Program-made: the position numbers and the translations under genes
From: Candidatus Uhrbacteria bacterium
GTDB taxonomy: Bacteria > Patescibacteriota > Patescibacteriia > UBA9934
Length of the DNA stretch: 64,000 bases
Assembly: GCA_943359525.1 (NCBI GenBank)
Contig: CALRHV010000001.1
Span: 7,181-71,180 of the forward strand
Direction: 5' to 3'
Part shown: piece after piece, positions 1-8,172 of the stretch
Layout: every line of letters begins with the position of its first letter
Numbering within the stretch: position 1 is the first letter of the stretch
Notes under the pieces: generated by a model
Told to the model about the DNA's origin: nothing
The model's database searches: none
What the model saw: only the letters and a program-made list of their open reading frames with translations

Positions 1-615
1 TGTTCGTGTTGATGCAAGTTCAACGGACACGCCAACGACGCCTTCAGTATTGGAGAGAAATGCAATTGCGGCGCTGTACGGGACGTCGTCTGCGAGCAGA
101 ACCGTTTGATCAGTTCCTGCGTTTTGATAACGTTTCTCAAAATCGTCGGCGTTTACCATGAGCAATGTAGCGAGTTCTGTGAATCGTCTGGCGCGATCGG
201 CAGCATCGAGGGGAAGATCAGCACGGCTTGCAACGAGGTGAAATGCTGGGGTATTCCACGCAAGCAACACACCGTTGCGATCCGTCATCACACCGCGATT
301 CGGAAGGACGGTTCGTGTTCGTGTACGATTGTTGTCGGCGATCTGCCGGTATTCTTCTCCGTGCATTACTTGCCACGAACCGATGCGAAAGAGAAATGTT
401 CCGAACGTAACAATGAGAACAGCGATTCCAAATCGCTTCACGCGCCGTGCGGCAAAGTTTCCCACAAAGCTTCCGGTTGAAAGTTCCGCGACGGATCGTC
501 CAGACAGTGCGTCGTCGAACGTTGTATCTGCGTCGGAATCAGAAATGCGTCCGATGGCTTCGTCATCGAGTAGGGAAAAAAGTCGTCGGTCGTTGTGCTT
601 CTTTCGGAAGATCAT
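1..615 (-). CDS. mrdA: Penicillin-binding protein 2 / peptidoglycan transpeptidase MrdA, N-terminal part; gene continues beyond window start. Start uncertain: the ATG at 615 overlaps the mreD stop but is out of frame with the PBP2 body, and an in-frame GTG lies near 466
   Basis: Own translation of the minus strand at 1-560 gives ...FAARRVKRFGIAVLIVTFGTFLFRIGSWQVMHGEEYRQIADNNRTRTRTVLPNRGVMTDRNGVLLAWNTPAFHLVASR..., a typical PBP2 N-terminus with TM helix. It lies downstream of mreBCD. It is absent from the ORF track because its stop lies outside the window. Confidence 0.6.
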   Translation of the reverse strand, partial: MIFRKKHNDRRLFSLLDDEAIGRISDSDADTTFDDALSGRSVAELSTGSFVGNFAARRVKRFGIAVLIVTFGTFLFRIGSWQVMHGEEYRQIADNNRTRTRTVLPNRGVMTDRNGVLLAWNTPAFHLVASRADLPLDAADRARRFTELATLLMVNADDFEKRYQNAGTDQTVLLADDVPYSAAIAFLSNTEGVVGVSVELASTRT

Positions 616-1106
616 GGGAGGGATCTGAACGCGAAATGTGTAAATAGACGGCGCTCAATACTTCGAACAAGAATCACACCAACGAAAAGACTCGGAAGAA
701 GCAGCGCGCCTTCTTGCAACGCATGAACTACTGGGTGTTGTGAAAGAATCGTTGTTCCAAGTGCGTAGTCAAAAAGTTCCCCGAGAAGAATAAACATCAC
801 GCTCGCAACGGTGTACGCGACTGCGCCAAAGCCAAGGAGTGCATATATTGAGCGTGTCGTGAAAATCTGAAGAATGAGCATCGGACCAATAGTCGCAAGA
901 AGGAGCGCGATTCCGTCGCCTCGTACCATTGCAACAGCAAGGAACCATGCAACACCTTCTTCAATCCCAATGCGCTGCATGATGATCATTCCCGCGACGA
1001 TCATCACGGGAATGTGTGCAATGCTTCCCGCAAATGCATGAAAGAACGAGATCTCGATTAAGAGAAGGAAGAAAAATGTCAGAGCAAGAAGCCCGCCAGT
1101 TTTCAT
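612..1106 (-). CDS. mreD: Rod shape-determining protein MreD (polytopic membrane protein); true start at internal Met of ORF 612..1625
   Basis: Hydrophobic about 165 aa segment MKTGGLLALTFFFLLLIEISFF... directly downstream of mreC with a 4-nt ATGA-type overlap. The long N-terminal extension of the ORF overlaps mreC and is Arg-rich junk. Confidence 0.6.
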   Translation of the reverse strand: MKTGGLLALTFFFLLLIEISFFHAFAGSIAHIPVMIVAGMIIMQRIGIEEGVAWFLAVAMVRGDGIALLLATIGPMLILQIFTTRSIYALLGFGAVAYTVASVMFILLGELFDYALGTTILSQHPVVHALQEGALLLPSLFVGVILVRSIERRLFTHFAFRSLP

Positions 1107-1921
1107 AGTATTTCCTCCGGATATGGCAGCACAAATACCGTTGTCCATTCGCGAGGATCGTGAACGGTACTGATGGTTGCAGAAATAAATGGTGCACTTG
1201 GTGTGGCGAGAATGTTCGTCACCGTACCAATCACAATCCCTTGTGTGAGAGAACCGCTGAGTCCGCTTGTAACGACAATATCGTGGAGAGCGAGCAACGT
1301 GTCTTGCGGAATGTACTCCATTGAAAGAAGTGCACCCCCCTGCCCCGTCACGAGTCCGATGGTTTTTTGTTTTCCAAGAATTGCGCCAGGAATGGCACTC
1401 TTCGGATCCTCGGTAAGACGCACGGTTGCTGATGTTGTATTCACCGAATTGACGATGCCAAAGAGTGTGCCGTCGCCAATAACGACTGCGGCGCCAACGC
1501 GAACGCCAGCAACCTCTCCACGGTCGATCGTCACGACAGATTCTTCTGGAGTGTCGCGGGCGATGATTCGTGCAGCGACGCCTTTCACGTTCGTTCGCGC
1601 GACGTATCCCATGAGCGTTCGCCATTCTTGGACCTCGCGTGCATCAGCCTCAGACGACGCTGCGAGAACGGTTGAAGCGGTAAGACGATCGGTGCACACG
1701 TTCAGCTGGGCAGAAAGCGAGTCTTCATTTGCAAACAATCGCGACGTTGCACGGCCAAGGAGCGATCCCGCCTGATATGTACCACCTTCAATGGCATGAA
1801 AGAATGAGGAAAGAATTGGAACGAATGAACTGATCCAGAACGCAAAGATAACAAGGAAAAAAATGCCAATACGTTTAGCTGTTGATCTTGCTCTGTCGGT
1901 GTTATACCAGGCGCGTGGCAT
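1103..1921 (-). CDS. mreC: Rod shape-determining protein MreC
   Basis: N-terminal TM segment plus beta-rich periplasmic domain (…RGEVAGVRVGAAVVIGDGTLFGIVNSVNTTSATVRLTEDPKSAIP…) immediately downstream of mreB. Confidence 0.75.
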   Translation of the reverse strand: MPRAWYNTDRARSTAKRIGIFFLVIFAFWISSFVPILSSFFHAIEGGTYQAGSLLGRATSRLFANEDSLSAQLNVCTDRLTASTVLAASSEADAREVQEWRTLMGYVARTNVKGVAARIIARDTPEESVVTIDRGEVAGVRVGAAVVIGDGTLFGIVNSVNTTSATVRLTEDPKSAIPGAILGKQKTIGLVTGQGGALLSMEYIPQDTLLALHDIVVTSGLSGSLTQGIVIGTVTNILATPSAPFISATISTVHDPREWTTVFVLPYPEEIL

Positions 1922-1932
1922 AGGTCGAAGAA

Positions 1933-2985
1933 TTATCGATGACGATCAATGCCGGTAGTTGGAAGCGCGATGTCGCGAAGCAGGCGTTCGTCGCCAAGTA
2001 ACGCCCCACAACCACGAACCACGGCAGCATCAGGATTTTCGGCAAGGCGAACAGGAATATCGGTTTCTTTTGAAATGGATCGTTCTAAGCCGCGGAGCAT
2101 GCTTCCGGCGCCAACGAGAATAATTCCGCGTTCGTAAATATCTGCAACAAGTTCTGGGGGTGTGAGTTCGATGGTTGCTTTGATATTGTCGATAATCGAT
2201 CGAACGGATTTGTTGAGCGCTTCGCGGATCTGTCCGTCGTTCACTGTCACCTCTTTTGGAAGACCGGTAATGAGGTCGCGACCGCGCATCGTCATTCGCA
2301 ACGCCTCGCCGGTATCCAGACTGCTACCAATATGGCACTTCACGTCTTCCGCAACACGTTCGCCAAGCAGAAGATTAAACACATCGCGAGCATACTGCAG
2401 AATATGCTTCGTCATTTCGTCGCCAGCAACGGTGAGGGATTTCCATGTAACGATTCCGGAAAGTGAAATGACGGCAATTTCCGTGGTTCCTCCGCCAATG
2501 TCCACGATCATGTTGCCGAGGGATTCTTCGATTGGCAGTCCTGCACCAATTGCCGCAGCAATCGGAGCCTCTACAAGAAGTGCCTGACGAGCACCAGCAG
2601 CAAGTGCGGCATCTTCTACGGCTTTGCGCTCAACTTCAGTGATTTCCATCGGAACGGACATGACGATGCGAGGACGTGGAACGAGCGTGAATGCGTCGTC
2701 GTGGATTTTATCAATGAAATATTTCAACATTTTTTCCGTCACTTCAAAGTCGGAAATGACACCCTTCGTGAGTGGTCGAGTAATCTGAATATGCGGCGGG
2801 GTCTTCCCCACCATATCTTTTGCGGTTTTTCCAACGGCGAGAATGTGGTTTGTGCGTGTGTTGATTGCCACAATAGAAGGCTCGTTCATGACGATCCCTT
2901 TCTCCTTCACGAATACGCGAGTATTTGATGTTCCGAGGTCGATGCCGATATCCTCAGAAAATCGACCAAAAAAGCGGTTGAACAT
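1933..2985 (-). CDS. mreB: Actin-like rod-shape protein MreB (ORF begins with TTG at 2991; ATG two codons later is more likely)
   Basis: MFNRFFGRFSEDIGIDLGTSNTRVFVKEKGIVMNEPSIVA… is canonical MreB/Hsp70-actin fold N-terminus. Confidence 0.9.
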   Translation of the reverse strand: MFNRFFGRFSEDIGIDLGTSNTRVFVKEKGIVMNEPSIVAINTRTNHILAVGKTAKDMVGKTPPHIQITRPLTKGVISDFEVTEKMLKYFIDKIHDDAFTLVPRPRIVMSVPMEITEVERKAVEDAALAAGARQALLVEAPIAAAIGAGLPIEESLGNMIVDIGGGTTEIAVISLSGIVTWKSLTVAGDEMTKHILQYARDVFNLLLGERVAEDVKCHIGSSLDTGEALRMTMRGRDLITGLPKEVTVNDGQIREALNKSVRSIIDNIKATIELTPPELVADIYERGIILVGAGSMLRGLERSISKETDIPVRLAENPDAAVVRGCGALLGDERLLRDIALPTTGIDRHR

Positions 2986-3139
2986 AGGCAACCTTGATGT
3001 TGCCAGGGATTGGGAATCTTCGGAATGACTCTATCCACACCTGACGCAAACTGGCCCTGTGTTGGCCTTGGATGGATGTGATGGATCTGCGGCTGATTCT
3101 TTGAATGGGTTGTGACGAGGTGACGACGAAATATGCATC

Positions 3140-3350
3140 ATTGGCGATCCTCGAGTTCCGACCGGAGGGACTGATTTTCGATTTCACCGATGTTGTGTCG
3201 ACACGACATTTCATTTGCAAAAACACCAATGATTTTCACAATCAGATGTTGTGTCGACACAACATCCTTGATTTCGCAAAACGCACATACCAGGTCAGCC
3301 GACCACGTCAGTTGTTTGTATTTCCCGTCCATCCCGATCCACCCCTCCAA
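3140..3350. repeat. Repeat family copy 1 (approximate bounds): palindromic box tgttgtgtcgacacaaca x2 flanking a conserved 40-nt core, plus shared flanks
   Basis: Near-identical to 17745-17990; related to 49160-49370 and 61400-61640 (shared gatg-box-core-box architecture and 3' tail ccctccaaga.tcagttca). Confidence 0.8.
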
Positions 3351-3368
3351 GAATCAGTTCAGACCACT

Positions 3369-3749
3369 TCAAGCCTCCTTCCGTATACTCATCATAAGGA
3401 ATTCGATCAGTCCCACCAAAACCACTAGTAAAATCATGGTTCCGGAGGAGAACAGGTCGCGGGAAAGTAAGTAGAGACAGGCAAGGAAAAGAACAGAAAG
3501 CATCACGCCTTGTCGGAAAGAACGTGCAACGGCAGCATGAATAGCTTCTTCCGCGTATTTCTTTGACCGAATCATGGTTCCACCAATGGTAAAGACGCCG
3601 GCAATTCCCGCACCAAGCGTGAGATAGAAGATGAAAAAGGCTAATGTTCCTGCCGTTGCTGGATCAATTGAAATCATCACAATACACCATGCCGAAATAC
3701 TGATGGCGGTGCCAAGGGCGAGAGCGATGAGGTACTGATGGAGGGACAT
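3369..3749 (-). CDS. Hypothetical small integral membrane protein (3-4 TM helices)
   Basis: Hydrophobic segments; compact spacing with downstream operon. Confidence 0.5.
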   Translation of the reverse strand: MSLHQYLIALALGTAISISAWCIVMISIDPATAGTLAFFIFYLTLGAGIAGVFTIGGTMIRSKKYAEEAIHAAVARSFRQGVMLSVLFLACLYLLSRDLFSSGTMILLVVLVGLIEFLMMSIRKEA

Positions 3750-3761
3750 GAGAAGAGTATA

Positions 3762-4109
3762 TCAGAAATTTCCCTTCTCTTTCTGCACTCGTGCGATGAT
3801 TTTTGTGATATCTGCTTCTGGAATTTCCGACTGGATCCTCGCAAGGATTGTTGGAATCATCCCGTCGATGTCGAACGTGGCCGGTGCGTTGTCGCAGCCA
3901 AGAATGAGAATACCGGCGGCATAACTCGAGACACGAACGTCGTCTGCAAGCGGAGATCCCTCCAGCATTTCAGCGAGGATTTCTTTTGCGCTGTTGACGA
4001 TGATTGCCGCAGTTACCTGTTTTGTAATGCCATGTCGCATCAACGTGCCTTCGAGCATTTTGCTGATTTGTGTCAGCGAAGTCCGGCGGCGCTTAGGCTG
4101 GTCTTGCAT
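3762..4109 (-). CDS. DUF721 / DciA-like protein (true start at internal Met, so that the overlap with uvrD-like gene is only about 15 nt)
   Basis: C-terminal …DVRVSSYAAGILILGCDNAPATFDIDGMIPTILARIQ… resembles DUF721 core; located right after a helicase gene. Confidence 0.45.
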   Translation of the reverse strand: MQDQPKRRRTSLTQISKMLEGTLMRHGITKQVTAAIIVNSAKEILAEMLEGSPLADDVRVSSYAAGILILGCDNAPATFDIDGMIPTILARIQSEIPEADITKIIARVQKEKGNF

Positions 4110-7029
4110 ACGGGCAAATATCTTTAAAATCGCAGTACTGACAATGCGGGCCCGGGGTTGCCTGGAATGTGCTCGTGCGAATCTTTTCCATGCTGTCGCG
4201 AATCTGGAGCTTGAGCTTTTCCTTGTCCTTATCCGTTGGCTCAAAACTTACCGCCGTGTTCGATTCTAGGTAATAGTACGTCATCTTCTTCACGACGAGT
4301 GGCGGCACAAAACTTTCTTCTGCGGCAATAGCGTACAGCACCAACTGACGGCGGTCGTCCCAATCGAGTTTGGTTTTCGGCTGACCGGTTTTGTAGTCGA
4401 TAATCTCGATCCCACCATCGATGTCATCAATCCGGTCGATTCTACCTTTGACGAGAATTCCGTCGATCTTGAGCGTGAATCCTTTTTCGATGAATGTTGG
4501 CGACGGTGGATTTTCGGTGACCACGCGATAGTATTCCTTCATGATCTCGCCGCCGCGAGCCTGATACTCATCGCGAGTTTTGTCGTCTGGGTACCATTCA
4601 TCGATCCATGCCCGATCGTACATATCGAGCAAATCTTTCATTGTTGGCAGCGCGACGGCATCGTTTGAACCGTTGAATAGACTTGCTTGATGCGCAGCCT
4701 TCGACGCAATAATGCGTTCCATGAATGCCTGAAGTGCGTTGTGCATGGACTTTCCAAAGCTCATCTGGTGCTTGCCATACGACGGTACGCCAATAATGTG
4801 CGCGTATTTGTACTGCAACGGACACGTACTGAATGCAGCGATCTGCGAGAAACTGATCTTGTCCGGAATGTGAATGTTCGCGTCGCCCGTTGGTTTCTTG
4901 CCGACTTCGAGTGCGAGGCTGTCGGCGATATTCTCCGGTCGAGCAACAGTGATCGCGTTTGTGAATCCGAGTTCATCAAGAAACCGTGAGACTTTTCTCT
5001 TCCGAGCTCCTCCGTAATCCTCCGCACTCATCAGATACAATCCTTCCTTTGCGCGAGTCATCGCCACGTAAAACAGCCGACGCTCTTCTGCGACGTGATC
5101 ATTCCCCTCAACTTCATCCTTCATCAAACCCGCCGGAAAATCGATCGCCTGTGATCTGCTCACCGACGGGAAGCGTTGCTCGACCAAGTTGATCACGAAA
5201 ACGTATCGGAACTCGAGACCCTTCGATCCGTGCACGGTCATCACCGATACCACGTCTGGTCCTTCCTCAGGATCTTGAGCAACCGCGCCGTCTTCCCCCG
5301 CTGCACGCTCGGCATCGAACTCCTCAATGAATCTTGGGAGCGTCGCGTCGTCATTCATCGCAACAAAGCGCTTCAGGCGATTGAAAAAGCGTTCAAGAAA
5401 TCTATAGAGCTCTTGCTGCTCCATCTCGGAAGCGTGCTGACAGTCGCCGAGCAATCCTGTTTTCTTCATCATCGTCACGAACAATTCCGTGATCGGCAGT
5501 CGTTTTGCTGTATTTCGAAGTTCAGCAAGTTTCTGTTGGAGGTCGATAATCGTGTTTCGGCCGTGCATTGAAATGCGTGCCGCATCGGCGTACGTGAGCA
5601 AATCGAAGAGAGACATTCCCTTTCGTCGAGCATAGAACATCAGTGCCGTCAGATCTTCCTGCGATAACCCTAGTCGAGGATGCGAGAGGATCCGATATAA
5701 CGATGGTGAATCGTGCGGCGCGTTGATGACACGAAGGTAGCTGACTGCATCAAGAATAATCGGCATGGTGTACAGACCGGAGAGCGCCATGAATCGGTAC
5801 GGAATACCGGCACGTTCAAGGGCCTCGAGGAATGGATCAACGTGGTCGTTTCCACGCGCAAGCAGCGCGAAATCCTTCCAGCTTGCGCCAGACTCGTCGT
5901 GTAATTTCGTGATCGTCTCAACAACGGTAGCAACCTCGTCTTCGAGCGTTGCGGCATGAATGTGATGAACATTTCCCGCGTGTTCGATGTTCGAGATCAG
6001 TTGTTTCGATAAACCCTCGGAGACCTCGAGCCGATGGGGATTGTTCTTGGTGATCGATGAATATGCAATATCGAGAATCCCCCTGCCGCTGCGATAGTTG
6101 TGCACGAGCACGATCTTCTTTGTATCTGGAAAATCCGATCGGAACGTGAGAATATTCGCAAGCGCCGCACCGCGAAACTTATAGATCGCCTGATCATCGT
6201 CGCCAACGATTGTAAGGTTATTCCTCGGCGCCGCCAAAAGTTTGACGAGCTCGTACTGCACGCTGTTCGTGTCCTGAAACTCGTCCACCACGATGTATGT
6301 GAACCGTTTTTGATACTCGGCAAGAATGTTCGGACGAGTCTTGAAGAGTTCTACGGTGTACGCGAGTAAGTCGCCGAAATCGAGCGCGTCTTCGTTGATG
6401 AGAATGTCTTGATATGTTTTGTACGCACGAGCAACTTCACGGTGTTTTCTCCATTCAAGTCGTTCCTCTTCCGGCAACGCATCGAACGCTTCTTCCGATC
6501 CCGAAGTGATCGATGCGATCTGTGATTCGACTTGATCGATGTACTGATCTGGCGTTATTCCCTCGTCCTTCGCTCGCGAAAAGTGTGAAAGCAAAAGTTT
6601 GAAAAACTTCGTCGGCGTCCCCCGTGGCTTGTAGTAGTCGAGCGTGAAATCGGCAAGATGACGTCGCATGAACAGCCAGCCGTCCACTTCGGACGCGACC
6701 GTGAAATCTTGCGGGATGCCGATATCAACTCCGTGTTCGCGCAGCACTTTTTCGCAAAATGCGTGAAAGGTTGAGATGGAAAGATCGACGTATCCCATTG
6801 GCAGCAGCACGTCTACGCGTTCCTCCATTTCATTCGCGGCCTTGTCCGTAAACGTGAGTGCAAGAATATTTTCCGGCATCGCCTTACCTTGCTCAATAAG
6901 CCACGCAATGCGCTTGGTGATTACCGTCGTCTTCCCCGTCCCAGCCCCAGCAATAATCATGAGCGGCCCATCGCCATGGGTAACCGCTTGCTGTTGCTCA
7001 GCATTGAGATTATCGAGAAGCGAAGTCAT
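4093..7029 (-). CDS. UvrD/PcrA-family superfamily-1 helicase fused to a C-terminal PD-(D/E)XK, Cas4/AddB-like nuclease domain
   Basis: Walker A GAGTGKTT, UvrD motifs (LALTFTDKAANEM, VVDEFQDTN, the N-terminal part of the protein). C-terminal IDYKTGQPK nuclease motif and four Cys (…STCPLQYKY…CQYCDFKDICPY) typical of Fe-S RecB-family nucleases. Confidence 0.85.
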   Translation of the reverse strand: MTSLLDNLNAEQQQAVTHGDGPLMIIAGAGTGKTTVITKRIAWLIEQGKAMPENILALTFTDKAANEMEERVDVLLPMGYVDLSISTFHAFCEKVLREHGVDIGIPQDFTVASEVDGWLFMRRHLADFTLDYYKPRGTPTKFFKLLLSHFSRAKDEGITPDQYIDQVESQIASITSGSEEAFDALPEEERLEWRKHREVARAYKTYQDILINEDALDFGDLLAYTVELFKTRPNILAEYQKRFTYIVVDEFQDTNSVQYELVKLLAAPRNNLTIVGDDDQAIYKFRGAALANILTFRSDFPDTKKIVLVHNYRSGRGILDIAYSSITKNNPHRLEVSEGLSKQLISNIEHAGNVHHIHAATLEDEVATVVETITKLHDESGASWKDFALLARGNDHVDPFLEALERAGIPYRFMALSGLYTMPIILDAVSYLRVINAPHDSPSLYRILSHPRLGLSQEDLTALMFYARRKGMSLFDLLTYADAARISMHGRNTIIDLQQKLAELRNTAKRLPITELFVTMMKKTGLLGDCQHASEMEQQELYRFLERFFNRLKRFVAMNDDATLPRFIEEFDAERAAGEDGAVAQDPEEGPDVVSVMTVHGSKGLEFRYVFVINLVEQRFPSVSRSQAIDFPAGLMKDEVEGNDHVAEERRLFYVAMTRAKEGLYLMSAEDYGGARKRKVSRFLDELGFTNAITVARPENIADSLALEVGKKPTGDANIHIPDKISFSQIAAFSTCPLQYKYAHIIGVPSYGKHQMSFGKSMHNALQAFMERIIASKAAHQASLFNGSNDAVALPTMKDLLDMYDRAWIDEWYPDDKTRDEYQARGGEIMKEYYRVVTENPPSPTFIEKGFTLKIDGILVKGRIDRIDDIDGGIEIIDYKTGQPKTKLDWDDRRQLVLYAIAAEESFVPPLVVKKMTYYYLESNTAVSFEPTDKDKEKLKLQIRDSMEKIRTSTFQATPGPHCQYCDFKDICPYARPA

Positions 7030-7032
7030 GGC

Positions 7033-8163
7033 TTAAAGCGATGCGATATTTTCTGCGGCGGTAACAGCGAACTGAATTCCTTGTTGAGTGAGAAGATATG
7101 TTCCGGCGCCAAACATGATTGCAACGTGAACAGCGAGAACACCTGCGAGAATTTTCTGGTGCCTCGTCATTGGTGTTGATTCCGATGGTTCTGATCCCGC
7201 GGTGAGCGTTATAACGCCGCGAATCAAATACACGTTAATGATCGCGAGTGCAAAGAAGACAAGAAGTGCAAGGATAAGGTGTGCTTGAAGTGCATAACCA
7301 ACGCCAATAAGTTCGCTTACAAAAAGCACAGAAAATGGAGCGCCAAGAAGTGACGCGAAGAGCGCGCCAGAAAGATATTTCAGTGTGGTGTTTGATTGAA
7401 CCACTGCAGAGCTTTGTGTGGAGTACCACAGCCCAGAATGCGCAACGGCCTGACCAACAAGATGAATAATTGCAGGGATGGTCCCTGCTGGACCAGCGCC
7501 GATCATGAACGCAACAAGGCCAATGTGCTGAACGCTGGAAATTGATAGAAGCTGTCGTTTCTTTTTAAACACCAATTTCACCACCGCCATCAGTATAATG
7601 AGCGCACCAAAGCCAAGAAAAAAATTGTTCGTCCATACTCCGTCGTCTGCCATCGCTCCGTCGGTAATCTGTTTTACGCGGAGAAGCGCAATGAAGAACA
7701 CCACTGGCGCTGCGCCGCCAACAAAGCTTGTGAAACGCGTTTTCATGAAAAAGATCCCGAATGACGAGAGCGTTGCGACCGCCACCACAATAAATGCCCA
7801 TTGGATATATTGTGACGTGAAGAGCAATGCAGCTCCAATAGTGAAGAGACCAACCGAACCAATGCACAACGCGAGAATTGCCTTCCGTGCTTTTTCGTCT
7901 GCCGCACGCTGGGCGTGAAGCGCGAGGCACGTTGCCGCAAGAACGGCTAGCGCAAATGTCAGTGCAAGAACAGCGATGTTATTAGTGAACGCGGCCGCGA
8001 CAACCGCGACAAGTCCGGCGAAGGTGACGGAAAGTTCAGAACGATGTGCTCGTGCTCCATTGATGGTGAGCGCAAGCGTCCCAACCGCGAGTATTCCAAT
8101 CAACACCAACTGGCACCACACAAGGATGTCAACGTGCCACACAGAAAGGAATGCGTTCAACAT
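7033..8163 (-). CDS. Proton-conducting membrane transporter family (PF00361-like; NuoN/MnhD-like) polytopic membrane protein
   Basis: About 12 TM helices; …SSVQHIGLVAFMIGAG…IIHLVGQAVAHSGLWY… resembles NuoL/M/N core. Confidence 0.5.
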   Translation of the reverse strand: MLNAFLSVWHVDILVWCQLVLIGILAVGTLALTINGARAHRSELSVTFAGLVAVVAAAFTNNIAVLALTFALAVLAATCLALHAQRAADEKARKAILALCIGSVGLFTIGAALLFTSQYIQWAFIVVAVATLSSFGIFFMKTRFTSFVGGAAPVVFFIALLRVKQITDGAMADDGVWTNNFFLGFGALIILMAVVKLVFKKKRQLLSISSVQHIGLVAFMIGAGPAGTIPAIIHLVGQAVAHSGLWYSTQSSAVVQSNTTLKYLSGALFASLLGAPFSVLFVSELIGVGYALQAHLILALLVFFALAIINVYLIRGVITLTAGSEPSESTPMTRHQKILAGVLAVHVAIMFGAGTYLLTQQGIQFAVTAAENIASL

Positions 8164-8172
8164 ATGAGGCGA

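Noticed and set aside
612-1625. 337-aa minus-strand ORF as a single gene
   Set aside because: The first about 173 codons overlap mreC in another frame and are Arg-rich nonsense. The hydrophobic MreD-like part begins at the internal Met (1106), giving the expected 4-nt overlap with mreC.
3105-3428. ORFs 3105..3428+, 3138..3350-, 17143..18030+, 17843..18088+, 49078..49341-, 49183..49375+ (N-terminal part) encoding similar peptides (…HFICKNTNDFHNQM.CRHNI…)
   Set aside because: Their similarity is caused by the DNA repeat family itself. The reading frames are not conserved between copies and they overlap real genes.
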